In this document: positions 16,788-25,709 of the stretch, in pieces
Layout of the letters: each line of letters begins with the position of its first letter
How positions within the stretch are numbered: position 1 is the first letter of the stretch
Assembly: GCA_007378955.1 (NCBI GenBank)
Contig: VMGY01000005.1
Coordinates: 1 to 56,302, forward strand
DNA: 56,302 nucleotides
Origin: Parcubacteria group bacterium Athens0714_12
GTDB lineage: Bacteria > Patescibacteriota > Patescibacteriia > UBA2591 > VMGY01
Reading direction: 5' to 3'
Position numbers and translations under genes: made by a program
Notes under the pieces: model-generated
The model's database searches: none
Seen by the model: the letters and a program-made list of their open reading frames with translations, nothing else
Told to the model about the DNA's origin: nothing

Positions 16788-17153
16788 CTAAAATTTCAAG
16801 CCCCCTTCTCTGGCTCCTTCAGCTAAAGATTTTATTCTTCCGTGATATTTATAGCCGCCTTTATCAAAAACTACCTGGCTTATTTTCTTTTCTATCGCCT
16901 TTTTGGCTATTAACTTTCCCACTTCTTTGGAAATCTCCTCCTTTTTTTTCTTGCCTTTATCTTTTATATCATGATCGCTGGCTGCCGCCAAAGTTTCACC
17001 TTTTTCATCATTTATCAATTGGGCGTAAATATATTTTAAACTTCTAAATACTGAAAATCTTGGTTTTTCTTGAGTACCAAAAATCTTGGCTCTGATTCTT
17101 TTGCGCCTTTTATTCCTTTTATCTTGTTTTATTTTTTGTAAACTTTTTTTCAT
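16788..17153 (-). CDS. rplR: 50S ribosomal protein L18
   Basis: RKRIRAKIFGTQEKPRFSVFRSLKYIYAQLINDEKGETL. The start is taken at MKKSLQ; the track's 5' extension runs into a repeat. Confidence 0.85.
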   Translation of the reverse strand: MKKSLQKIKQDKRNKRRKRIRAKIFGTQEKPRFSVFRSLKYIYAQLINDEKGETLAAASDHDIKDKGKKKKEEISKEVGKLIAKKAIEKKISQVVFDKGGYKYHGRIKSLAEGAREGGLKF

Positions 17154-17164
17154 ATATTTCTTTG

Positions 17165-17275
17165 AATTAAAAAATAACGGTTTCAAGGGAGGTGGATATG
17201 TCTTTTTTGCAGACGCGGCGATTAGTCCGCAGCGCAAAAAAGATATGTCCACCTCCTGATTATTTATTTCATAAT
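17165..17275. repeat. MITE-like element, family 2, diverged copy, in the L18/L6 spacer
   Basis: ggaggtggatatgtcttttttgcagacgcggcgattagtccgcagcgcaaaaaagatatgtccacctcc: a stem of different sequence but the same structure as the other copies. Confidence 0.55.
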
Positions 17276-17309
17276 TCAGGGATATTTATAAAATTTTTAA
17301 GAAAGCCCT

Positions 17310-17861
17310 TTATTTCGCGCCGATCGCTTTAGCGGCCTTGCCCGCTTTTCTTCTAATCACTTCGTCGCTGTATTTTATTCCACTTCCCTTGTAAGGCTCC
17401 GGTTTTCTTAATTTCCTTATCCGCGCGGCGGTTTCTCCCACTAATTGTTTGTCTATGCCAAAAATACTGACAACATTTTTTTCCGCTTTAATCTCTATTC
17501 CTTGAGGAATTTTAAATTCAATGGAATGGGAAAATCCTATATTTAAAATTAATTCTTTATCTTTAACTTGGGCCTTAAAACCTACCCCTATAATTTCCAA
17601 CTTTTTTTCAAAACCATCTTTAACTCCTTTAAGCATATTGGTAATTAATCTATAAAAGGTTCCTTGCAAAGCTTTTTGTTTTTTTTCTTTTTTATCTTTT
17701 ATCTCAACCATCAAATTGTTCTTATCCTGCTTGACATCAACAAAAGGATGAATTTTTAGCTTTAATTCTCCTTTTGGCCCTTTAACGGATATTAATCCCT
17801 CTTCTATTTTTATATTTATATCTTCCGGAACAATAATTGGCTTTTTTGCTAATCTAGACAT
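17310..17861 (-). CDS. rplF: 50S ribosomal protein L6
   Basis: MSRLAKKPIIVPEDINIKIEEGLISVKGPKGEL... Confidence 0.9.
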   Translation of the reverse strand: MSRLAKKPIIVPEDINIKIEEGLISVKGPKGELKLKIHPFVDVKQDKNNLMVEIKDKKEKKQKALQGTFYRLITNMLKGVKDGFEKKLEIIGVGFKAQVKDKELILNIGFSHSIEFKIPQGIEIKAEKNVVSIFGIDKQLVGETAARIRKLRKPEPYKGSGIKYSDEVIRRKAGKAAKAIGAK

Positions 17862-17876
17862 ACAAAATTATTATAT

Positions 17877-18275
17877 TTATGAATATATCTTACAAACAAT
17901 TTCTCCCCCTAATTTTCTTTTTCGCGCGTCTTTTCCCGTCATCAAGCCGCGCGAAGTGGAAACTACCACTAAACCAGGCCCTTCCACTACTCTGGGAATT
18001 TCTTTTGTTCCTCTATAAATTCTTCTGCCTGATTTACTGATTCTTTTTAAGTCCTGAATAACTGATTTATGTTCTTTATCATACTTTAAAGATATTTTTA
18101 TTTGGCCGTAATTTTCTTCTTTTTTCTCTACTTTTCCGACAAAATTTTCTTTTTCTAAAATTTTAGCGATGGCAAATTTCGTTTTTGAAAAAGGAAAAAC
18201 CACTTCGCTTCTCTTTCGAGCGACCGCGTTTCTGATGATGGTTAACATCTCGGCGATTGGATCGGTTGTAGTCAT
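17877..18275 (-). CDS. rpsH: 30S ribosomal protein S8
   Basis: MTTTDPIAEMLTIIRNA...VVSTSRGLMTGKDARKRKLGGEIVCKIY. Confidence 0.9.
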   Translation of the reverse strand: MTTTDPIAEMLTIIRNAVARKRSEVVFPFSKTKFAIAKILEKENFVGKVEKKEENYGQIKISLKYDKEHKSVIQDLKRISKSGRRIYRGTKEIPRVVEGPGLVVVSTSRGLMTGKDARKRKLGGEIVCKIYS

Positions 18276-18296
18276 AAAATTATTAAAAATTCTTGA

Positions 18297-18416
18297 ATTA
18301 TTTTATATTAATTACTTTGAATTACGAAATAGGCTGAGTAGGAGGCGCGCTCATATCTTTTTTGCAGACGCCCGTCATTAGTCCAAAGGCTAAAAAAGAT
18401 AGGAGCGCGCCCTGAA
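18297..18416. repeat. MITE-like element, family 2, in the S8/S14 spacer
   Basis: TIRs ttgaattacgaaat / atttcgtaattcaa; core hairpin ggaggcgcgctcatatcttttttgcagacgcccgtcattagtccaaaggctaaaaaagataggagcgcgccc. Confidence 0.75.
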
Positions 18417-18452
18417 TAATGAATTTCGTAATTCAAGCTAATTATGAAATTT

Positions 18453-18656
18453 TTACCATGAGGCCTTTCTGACTCCAGGGATATCGCCTTTATCAGCCAA
18501 TTCTTTAAAGCAAATTCGACAAATTCCAAAATCGCGCATATAGGCGCGTTTTCTGCCGCAACGCCAACATCTTAAAACTATGCGTGATTTATATTTTGGT
18601 TTTTTTCTTGATTGCGCTTTTTGTGCTTCGGTAGCCATAAAATTATTATTCTCCAA
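18453..18656 (-). CDS. rpsZ: 30S ribosomal protein S14, zinc-binding type Z
   Basis: [38 protein letters not shown]. The start may be MATEAQ at 18638. Confidence 0.85.
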   Translation of the reverse strand: MENNNFMATEAQKAQSRKKPKYKSRIVLRCWRCGRKRAYMRDFGICRICFKELADKGDIPGVRKASW

Positions 18657-19194
18657 AAGGAAATCCTATTAATTTTAATAATCCGAAATTTTCTTCTTTA
18701 TTTTTGCCTTTTACCGTGATTACTATTCCCAAACCGCAAACTCTTTCTATTTCATTAATATTTACTTCCGGAAAAACAATATGTTCTTTAAAACCGATGC
18801 TTAAATTACCGCTCTTATCCAAACTTTTTTTATCCAAGCCTCTAAAATCTCTTACTCTGGGTAAAGTAATATTAATCAATTTTTCAATAAAATCATACAT
18901 TCTTTGGCCGCGTAAAGTAACCATTAAACCCACTAATTGGCCCTGTCTTAATTTAAAACCGGAAATTGATTTTTTGGCTATTCTTTTTGCCGGCTTTTGT
19001 CCCGTAATGCGAGTTAAAACATCTTCCGCCAATTCCTGTAATTTTGAATCCTTGCCTGCTTGGTTTATATTTAATCCAACATTAACTGTAACTTTTTGTA
19101 TCTTCGGCGCCGATAAATCATTTTTAAATCCAAACCTTTTCTTCATTTCCGGAATTATTTGTTTTATATATTTTTCTTTTAATCTCATCTTCAT
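18646..19194 (-). CDS. rplE: 50S ribosomal protein L5
   Basis: [41 protein letters not shown]... Confidence 0.9.
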   Translation of the reverse strand: MKMRLKEKYIKQIIPEMKKRFGFKNDLSAPKIQKVTVNVGLNINQAGKDSKLQELAEDVLTRITGQKPAKRIAKKSISGFKLRQGQLVGLMVTLRGQRMYDFIEKLINITLPRVRDFRGLDKKSLDKSGNLSIGFKEHIVFPEVNINEIERVCGLGIVITVKGKNKEENFGLLKLIGFPFGE

Positions 19195-19198
19195 ATAA

Positions 19199-19507
19199 TT
19201 AAATTACTTCTTCGCATTTCTTGCATATCCTTACTTTTTTGTCATTATTCAATTCTTTATATCCAAGTCTAACCAATTTCCCGCATTTAGGACAAACAAT
19301 CATTACATTGGAAATATTTAAAGAGGCGGGGAATTGCATTCTTTGCCCCTTTTCCCCTTCTTTTTTGGGCTTGGTGTTTTTTATTCTCAAATTCAAACCT
19401 TCAACTATTACTTTATTTTCTTTAGGCAATACTTTAAGGACTTTTCCTTTTTTTCCCGAATCTTTTCCGGTTATAATTTTTACATTGTCGCCTTTTTTTA
19501 TTTTCAT
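19199..19507 (-). CDS. rplX: 50S ribosomal protein L24 with a C-terminal CxxC...CxxC extension
   Basis: MKIKKGDNVKIITGKDSGKKGKVLKV... (KOW motif), then ...VCPKCGKLVRLGYKELNNDKKVRICKKCEEVI. Confidence 0.85.
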   Translation of the reverse strand: MKIKKGDNVKIITGKDSGKKGKVLKVLPKENKVIVEGLNLRIKNTKPKKEGEKGQRMQFPASLNISNVMIVCPKCGKLVRLGYKELNNDKKVRICKKCEEVI

Positions 19508-19550
19508 AAATTTTTATTCGTATATTCGCGCTAATTCGTAATTCGCAGAC

Positions 19551-19922
19551 CTAAAGCACTTCCGGCGCTAAAGAAATAATTTTATTAAAACCTTTTTCTT
19601 TTAATTCTCTGGCGATTGGCCCAAAAATTCTAGTGCCCCTTGGGTCTTTTGTTTTTGGGTCTATAATTACAGCGGCATTATCATCAAATCTGATATAAAT
19701 GCCATTTTTTCTTCTAACTTCTTTTCTTGTTCTTACGATAACTGCTTTCAAAACTTCGCTTTTTTTTACCATTCCGTGCGGCTCTGCTTTTTTAACTGAT
19801 ACAGTTATAATATCGCCTATCACGGCATATCTTTTTTTATAACCGCCAAGCACGCGGATGCACATTAGTCTTTTGGCTCCGGTATTATCGGCTAACTTTA
19901 AAATTGAACGATGCTGAATCAT
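19551..19922 (-). CDS. rplN: 50S ribosomal protein L14
   Basis: [27 protein letters not shown]... Confidence 0.9.
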   Translation of the reverse strand: MIQHRSILKLADNTGAKRLMCIRVLGGYKKRYAVIGDIITVSVKKAEPHGMVKKSEVLKAVIVRTRKEVRRKNGIYIRFDDNAAVIIDPKTKDPRGTRIFGPIARELKEKGFNKIISLAPEVL

Positions 19923-19998
19923 AGTATTATATTGTTAAATTGTTATATTTGCTAAATTGTTAAATTGAAATTAATATAACAATGTAATAATTTAACAA

Positions 19999-20253
19999 TT
20001 AAATCTTGCTGATTGCTCGCCATCTCTTATCTTTACTCAATGGCCGGCATTCCTGAATGATTACTTTATCCCCTGTTTTGTATTCGTTTTTCTCATCATG
20101 CGCTTTATATCTTTTACTTATTTTGTATTGCTTTTCGTATTTTTTGTGCCATTTCAATCTATCCACTTTAACAATTATGGTTTTGTCCATCTTATCAGAA
20201 ACAACCGCGCCTTGTAAAGTCCTTTTATTTTTATTTTTATCTGGCTTTTCCAT
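19999..20253 (-). CDS. rpsQ: 30S ribosomal protein S17
   Basis: [31 protein letters not shown]... Confidence 0.85.
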   Translation of the reverse strand: MEKPDKNKNKRTLQGAVVSDKMDKTIIVKVDRLKWHKKYEKQYKISKRYKAHDEKNEYKTGDKVIIQECRPLSKDKRWRAISKI

Positions 20254-20257
20254 AAAT

Positions 20258-20440
20258 TTATTTTTCTTTTAAAATAGTTAATATTTGGGCGATTGACTTT
20301 TTATTTTTTCTTATTTCCATAACATTTTTCAATTGCTTGGAAGCAATTCCAAATTTCAAATCTACGAGCTTTTCTTTACTTTCAGAAAGCATTTTTTTCA
20401 ATTCTTCTTTAGTTTTTTTTCTTAATTCTTTAGTTTTCAT
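20258..20440 (-). CDS. rpmC: 50S ribosomal protein L29
   Basis: [30 protein letters not shown]; it is at the L16-L29-S17 position. Confidence 0.8.
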   Translation of the reverse strand: MKTKELRKKTKEELKKMLSESKEKLVDLKFGIASKQLKNVMEIRKNKKSIAQILTILKEK

Positions 20441-20453
20441 AAATTCGCGATTG

Positions 20454-20858
20454 TCATTTTTTAATAAATCTTGTTTTTACGGGCAATTTATGAGAAGCCA
20501 GCCTTAAGGCTTCCTTGGCTACTTTTTCCTCCACGCCGTCTATTTCAAAAAGAACCATTCCCGGCTTCACTACAGCGACATAATGGTCTACCGCGCCTTT
20601 ACCTCCGCCCATTCCGGTTTCCGAGCCCTTCGTTGTAATCGGCTTATCGGGAAAAATTCTAATCCAAATCTTGCCTCCTTTTTGAAGATAATGAGTAATT
20701 GCTTTTCTCGCCGCTTCAATCTGTCTGGAGGTTACCCATAATCCTTCCATGCTTTTTAAAGCAAAACTTCCAAAACTTATATCTGTTTTGCGGGTGGCAA
20801 CATTAGACCCTCTTCCTTTATGCATTTTTTTATGTTTTGTCTTGGCTGGTGATAACAT
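20454..20858 (-). CDS. rplP: 50S ribosomal protein L16
   Basis: MLSPAKTKHKKMHKGRGSNVATRKTDISFGSFALKSMEGLWVTSRQIEAARKA... Confidence 0.9.
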   Translation of the reverse strand: MLSPAKTKHKKMHKGRGSNVATRKTDISFGSFALKSMEGLWVTSRQIEAARKAITHYLQKGGKIWIRIFPDKPITTKGSETGMGGGKGAVDHYVAVVKPGMVLFEIDGVEEKVAKEALRLASHKLPVKTRFIKK

Positions 20859-20867
20859 AATTTTAAA

Positions 20868-21500
20868 TTAAAATTTCAAACCCTTATAAATCCATACTTT
20901 AGCCCCGATTGTTCCGTAAGTAGTATGGGCTGTGCCTCTGGCGTAATCGATGTCCGCTCTTAAAGTGTGTAAAGGAATTTTTCCCCAAAATAAATTTTCT
21001 CTTCTGGCTATTTCCACCCCATCCAAACGGCCGGACAATATTACCTTTACTCCCTGCGCTCCCGCTTTTTTAACTTGTTCAATTGTCTGCTTCATGGTCT
21101 TTCTGTAAGGCATCCTCTTTTCAATATTTTCTATTAAATTTTGCAAAACTATCTGGCTGCAAAGATTTGGGTTCTTAATTTCTTGAATTGTTATTTCTAA
21201 TTTTAATTTTTTATCTAAAAACTTTTTTTGGAGCTTATTCTTTAATTCTTCCGCACCCTGGCCTCCTCTGCCGATAATCAAACCTGGTTTTGCCGCGTGA
21301 ATAATCAGCTTTATATTATCAACCAATCTTTCAATCTCAATTTTTCCCACAGAAGACTTTTTAAAATATTCAAATAAAAATTTTCTTATTCTTGCGTCTT
21401 GTTGTAAATATTCAGCAAAGTTTCTCTTGGAGAACCATTTTGAATTCCATTGCTGGGTGCCTAAAATGCGAAATATTTTTGGATGTACTTTTTTACCCAT
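20868..21500 (-). CDS. rpsC: 30S ribosomal protein S3
   Basis: MGKKVHPKIFRILGTQQWNSKWF...KH domain...GRLDGVEIAR. Confidence 0.9.
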   Translation of the reverse strand: MGKKVHPKIFRILGTQQWNSKWFSKRNFAEYLQQDARIRKFLFEYFKKSSVGKIEIERLVDNIKLIIHAAKPGLIIGRGGQGAEELKNKLQKKFLDKKLKLEITIQEIKNPNLCSQIVLQNLIENIEKRMPYRKTMKQTIEQVKKAGAQGVKVILSGRLDGVEIARRENLFWGKIPLHTLRADIDYARGTAHTTYGTIGAKVWIYKGLKF

Positions 21501-21508
21501 AAAATTTA

Positions 21509-22138
21509 TTAATTAACTTTTCTGTTAAAAAATTTTTTCAAAAATCCTTTTTCGTTTTTTCTTCTGATTATATTCGTATGATCCTTCTGCTTATACTTCC
21601 CTTCTCGGCTATCGTCAAAAACTTTTGCTTTATGCTCTCCTGTCGCTGAAGATAATTCTTCTTTTTTATCGCCTTTGGAAATCACTTGCTTTTCTTTCAT
21701 TTCTTCTTTAAGAATGATTGGTTTTTCTATCGCTTCTTTTTTAACTTTTTTTTCTTCCTGCTTGCTCTTAACCTTTTCATCCAGAACAATATTTATATGA
21801 GAACTTCTTTTTCTTATGACTGTCGCCCGGCCCAATGCTTTTGGCATCCATCTTTTTAAAGTCGGGCCTTCGTCAACGGTAATTTTTTTTATATATAAAT
21901 TATCTTTTTTAAAATTAAAATTATGCTCGGCATTAGCAATGGCTGAATTAAGAAGCTTTAAAGTATATTTAGAAGCTTTTTTAGGAATAAACTTTAATTG
22001 ATTTTGAGCTTCTTCCGCGGACATTCCCCTGACCAAATCCAAAACATACTTAACTTTTTTAGGTGAAATTTTTAAGTATTTTGCTTTGGCAAAAACTTCG
22101 CTTGATTTAGATTTTTTTTCTTCTTTTGGCATAATCAA
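21509..22138 (-). CDS. rplV: 50S ribosomal protein L22 with a ~90-aa Lys/Glu-rich C-terminal extension
   Basis: AKAKYLKISPKKVKYVLDLVRGMSAEEAQNQLKFIPKKASKYTLKLLNSAIANAEHN... plus a C-terminal tail. Confidence 0.85.
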   Translation of the reverse strand: MIMPKEEKKSKSSEVFAKAKYLKISPKKVKYVLDLVRGMSAEEAQNQLKFIPKKASKYTLKLLNSAIANAEHNFNFKKDNLYIKKITVDEGPTLKRWMPKALGRATVIRKRSSHINIVLDEKVKSKQEEKKVKKEAIEKPIILKEEMKEKQVISKGDKKEELSSATGEHKAKVFDDSREGKYKQKDHTNIIRRKNEKGFLKKFFNRKVN

Positions 22139-22147
22139 TCTTTAAAA

Positions 22148-22441
22148 TTATTTTTCTGCTTGTTTCTGTTCTATATCTCTCTGCATTTTTCCGCCATGTT
22201 TTACAAACTTTCTTGTCGGAGAAAATTCTCCCAAGCAATGGCCAACCATATTTTCTACTATAAATACCGGAACATGCGTTTTTCCGTTATGGACTCCAAT
22301 TGTAAGACCAACCATTTCCGGAGTGATCCGACTGCTTCTTGACCAGGTTTTTATAATGGTTTTATCGCCTTGCTTTAAATCGGAAACTTTCTTCAACAAT
22401 TTTGGATCCACAAAAGGGCCTTTTTTTAAACTTCTCGTCAT
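22148..22441 (-). CDS. rpsS: 30S ribosomal protein S19
   Basis: [19 protein letters not shown]...[32 protein letters not shown]. Confidence 0.9.
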   Translation of the reverse strand: MTRSLKKGPFVDPKLLKKVSDLKQGDKTIIKTWSRSSRITPEMVGLTIGVHNGKTHVPVFIVENMVGHCLGEFSPTRKFVKHGGKMQRDIEQKQAEK

Positions 22442-22445
22442 ATAT

Positions 22446-23270
22446 TTATTTTCTTCTTTTAATTATAAATTTATTGCTCCATTTATTTTTCTTTCTTGTT
22501 TTTACTCCCAAAGCCGTCTTGCCCCATTTTGTTTTTGGATGCTTTAAGCCGATTGGGTTATGACCCTCTCCTCCTCCGTGAGGATGGTCAATGGGATTCA
22601 TCGCTTTTCCTCTGACGCTTGGTCTGATGCCCAATAAGCGCTTTCTTCCCGCTTTGCCATATCTGACTATTCTGTGTTCTATTTTACTGACCTGGCCGAT
22701 AGTAGCTAAACAATTAATAGGAACTATGCGTATTTCTTTAGAAGGAAGTTTTAATTGGGCGTATTTTCCCTCTACCGACATTAATGCCGCCTGGCCACCC
22801 GCTGACCTTACGATTTCTCCGCCTTTACCGATAGCCAATTCCACATTATGAACCATTGTTCCAATGGGAATATATTTTAAAGGCATGGTATTGCCAATTT
22901 TTAATTCCGCCTTATTTTTTGAAGAAATAATTTCATCGCCCGCCTTCAAACCATCAGGCGCGATTATATATCTCTTCTCATTATCAGAATATTTAACCAA
23001 AGCAATCAAAGCGCTTCGGTTCGGGTCATATTCAATCGCTTCTACTTTAGCCGGTAAATCAAATTTATCTCTCTTAAAATCAATTATTCTGTAATAACGT
23101 TTAACACCGCCGCCTTGATGGCGAACTGTTATCTTCCCCCTGCTTCTTCCCGCTTTTTGCTTCTTAATCCTGATTAATTTTTTTTCCGGCTCTTTCTTGG
23201 CAATATCAGATTTTACGACTGAAGCTTTTCTTAATCCGGGTGTAATTGGTTTGTAAAATTTTATTGGCAT
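22446..23270 (-). CDS. rplB: 50S ribosomal protein L2
   Basis: ...[16 protein letters not shown]... and [10 protein letters not shown] motifs. Confidence 0.9.
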   Translation of the reverse strand: MPIKFYKPITPGLRKASVVKSDIAKKEPEKKLIRIKKQKAGRSRGKITVRHQGGGVKRYYRIIDFKRDKFDLPAKVEAIEYDPNRSALIALVKYSDNEKRYIIAPDGLKAGDEIISSKNKAELKIGNTMPLKYIPIGTMVHNVELAIGKGGEIVRSAGGQAALMSVEGKYAQLKLPSKEIRIVPINCLATIGQVSKIEHRIVRYGKAGRKRLLGIRPSVRGKAMNPIDHPHGGGEGHNPIGLKHPKTKWGKTALGVKTRKKNKWSNKFIIKRRK

Positions 23271-23281
23271 AATTAATTTCT

Positions 23282-23401
23282 TTGAATTACGAAATAGGTT
23301 GAGTAGGGGGCGCGCTCATATCTTTTTTGCAGACGCCCGTCATTAGTCCAAAGGCTAAAAAAGATATGAGCGCACCCTGAATAATGAATTTCGTAATTCA
23401 A
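23282..23401. repeat. MITE-like element, family 2, in the L2/L23 spacer
   Basis: About 95% identical to 18297-18416, with the same TIRs and core hairpin. Confidence 0.75.
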
Positions 23402-23402
23402 G

Positions 23403-23810
23403 CTAATTTTTAAATATCTCTATTTTATCTTCTTTCTTTAAAGTAATAATTGCTTTTTTTAAATTTTTAGTTTTTCCCTGGACTTTGCCGTATCTTGTAT
23501 TTTTGCCCCTTGTCTTGATTATATTCATCTTGATCGGGCTAACATTATAAAGCCCTTCAATGGCTTTTTTAATTTCAATCTTATTCGCGTCTTTTGAAAC
23601 TTCAAAAACATATTTATTCTTTGCCGCTAAATCAGTTGTTTTTTCCGTAATCAAGGGTTTTATTAAAATTTTGGAAATTAACCCTTGATCTTTTTTAAAT
23701 ATTTTATTTTTATCTCGCGCAATCTTAACATTAGAAGGTTCTTTTTTGATTTCTTTTTTTACCTCTTTTTTTTCTGTTTCTTTCTTTTGTTTAAATCCAA
23801 ATAAAGCCAT
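23403..23810 (-). CDS. rplW: 50S ribosomal protein L23 with an N-terminal Lys-rich extension
   Basis: ...ILIKPLITEKTTDLAAKNKYVFEVSKDANKIEIKKAIEGLYNV... Confidence 0.85.
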   Translation of the reverse strand: MALFGFKQKKETEKKEVKKEIKKEPSNVKIARDKNKIFKKDQGLISKILIKPLITEKTTDLAAKNKYVFEVSKDANKIEIKKAIEGLYNVSPIKMNIIKTRGKNTRYGKVQGKTKNLKKAIITLKKEDKIEIFKN

Positions 23811-23823
23811 ATTATTTTTTAAC

Positions 23824-24459
23824 TTATTTCTTAGGCAAATAAGTTTTTTCTAATAATTCCAATCCTTTTAAGGGAAGTAAAACATATTTATAATTCAATA
23901 AATCCATGATATTTAAATTATTGGCAAAGACGGATTTTACGAATGGAATATTCTTGCTGGATTGAATGACATTTTTATTGTCTTTATTTAAAATAATCAG
24001 TGTTTTATTTTTTTTAGACGGCAATTTTTCTAAAATTTCCGCCATCTTTTTTGTTTTAATTTCTGGCAATTCCAATTTATCCACCAGAATCAATTTGTGA
24101 GTATTCACTTTATCAGATAAACACATCAGTAACGCTTGCTTTCTTACTTTTTTATTAACTTTTTGCTTATAATTTTTTTCTTTTCTCGGCCCAAAAATCG
24201 CGCCTCCCCCGCGCCAAAGCGGAGATCTGATTGAACCAGCTCTTGCTCGGCCTGTTCCTTTTTGCTTCCATGGTTTTTTTCCGCCGCCGCTTACTTCGCC
24301 TTTTGTCTTCACATGAGCCCATGGCTGCCTAAGATTGGCTAATTGCGCGACCATTGCCTGATGAATTAATTCCGATTTTACTTTTAAACCAAAAATATCA
24401 GGGTTTAATTCCTGTTCGCCCGTTTCTTTTCCTTCTTGATTGTAAATCTTTGCTTTCAT
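23824..24459 (-). CDS. rplD: 50S ribosomal protein L4
   Basis: ...GGGKKPWKQKGTGRARAGSIRSPLWRGGG... Confidence 0.9.
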   Translation of the reverse strand: MKAKIYNQEGKETGEQELNPDIFGLKVKSELIHQAMVAQLANLRQPWAHVKTKGEVSGGGKKPWKQKGTGRARAGSIRSPLWRGGGAIFGPRKEKNYKQKVNKKVRKQALLMCLSDKVNTHKLILVDKLELPEIKTKKMAEILEKLPSKKNKTLIILNKDNKNVIQSSKNIPFVKSVFANNLNIMDLLNYKYVLLPLKGLELLEKTYLPKK

Positions 24460-24529
24460 AATTTCTATTATTAATTGCTGATTGTTAATGGTGATTTATT
24501 TTTTTCTATTAACAATTGACAATTAGTAA

Positions 24530-25135
24530 TTATTTTATGCTTCTTATTTCCAATAATGAATTTCTTGCTCCTGGCACCGCGCCTTTGAGCAAGATTATAT
24601 TTTCTTCCGGCAGGACTTCAATAATTTCTAAATTTTTTATTGTCACCCTGTCTCCACCCATTCTGCCTCCCATTCTAACGCCCTTAAAAACTCTTTGCGG
24701 ACCAGTAGAACCTATTGAACCGGGCATTCTTAACTGGTCCTTATGGCCGTGAGTTTTAGGGCTTCCATGAAAACCATGCCTTTTCACCACGCCTTGGAAT
24801 CCTTTTCCCTTTGAAGTTCCCGAGACGATGACTTTATCGCCAGGCTGGAAAGTGGAAACATCTATCTTATCGCCTTTTTTAAATTCTGAATTATCAACTT
24901 CAAATTCTTTTAAATATTGAAAATTTCCCAAATCGCTCAAATGCCCTTTTAAAGCTTTGTTTATTTTTTTCTTTTCCCCAAAGCCAATTTGAACTGATTG
25001 GTAACCGTCTTTATCTTTAGTTTTGACTTGAACAATAACGCAAGGACCGGCTTTAACCAATGTTAAAGGGACCACTTCCCCGTTTTCCCTGAATCTCTGC
25101 GTCATTTCAATTTTTTTTCCTAAAATAAACTTCAT
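24530..25135 (-). CDS. rplC: 50S ribosomal protein L3
   Basis: MKFILGKKIEMTQRF...GTSKGKGFQGVVKRHGF... Confidence 0.9.
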   Translation of the reverse strand: MKFILGKKIEMTQRFRENGEVVPLTLVKAGPCVIVQVKTKDKDGYQSVQIGFGEKKKINKALKGHLSDLGNFQYLKEFEVDNSEFKKGDKIDVSTFQPGDKVIVSGTSKGKGFQGVVKRHGFHGSPKTHGHKDQLRMPGSIGSTGPQRVFKGVRMGGRMGGDRVTIKNLEIIEVLPEENIILLKGAVPGARNSLLEIRSIK

Positions 25136-25289
25136 AATAATATAATAAAAGCCGGATATTCTTTAGCCAAATTTCTCTGGCCTCAAATAATATCCGGCCT
25201 TAAATTTATATAAATCTGGCAAATTGTAAAAATTTATTCCATATTATTTATAATTGTCAATCAATTATGTAAAAATTTTAACGCCGGGC

Positions 25290-25640
25290 TTACATTTTTA
25301 TTTCTACATCTACCCCTGCCGGCAAACTCAAAGTAGTTAAACTTTCAATGGTTTTCGGGGTAGGTTCAAGAATGTCCAAAAGTCTTTTATGAACCCTTAT
25401 TTCATACTGATTACGGGTATCTTTCTTTACAAAAGTTGAACTAAGCACGGTATAAATTTTTTTTTCTATAGGTAAAGGCACTGGCCCTATTATTTTTACT
25501 CCCGTGTCTTGCACTACATCCATTATTTTTTTCGTCGCCTGATCAATAATCTTATGGTCGTACGCCTTAATCTTAATTCTAATTTTGGATTTAGTTTCCG
25601 CTTGTTCCGCTTCTTTAACTTTAACTTTTCTTTCTGGCAT
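25290..25640 (-). CDS. rpsJ: 30S ribosomal protein S10
   Basis: IRIKIKAYDHKIIDQATKKI...GPVPLP...LDILEPT. Confidence 0.9.
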   Translation of the reverse strand: MPERKVKVKEAEQAETKSKIRIKIKAYDHKIIDQATKKIMDVVQDTGVKIIGPVPLPIEKKIYTVLSSTFVKKDTRNQYEIRVHKRLLDILEPTPKTIESLTTLSLPAGVDVEIKM

Positions 25641-25709
25641 GGTTTTTTAATTTCTTATTCAAAGGGTCTATTGCCGAATACGTTAAATGGCAATCTCTCT
25701 AAAAACTTA

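Noticed and set aside
16179-17252. Longer N-termini for L15 (to 16238) and L18 (to 17252).
   Set aside because: The extensions do not resemble the r-proteins and run into intergenic repeat sequence. Internal Met starts fit the conserved N-termini.
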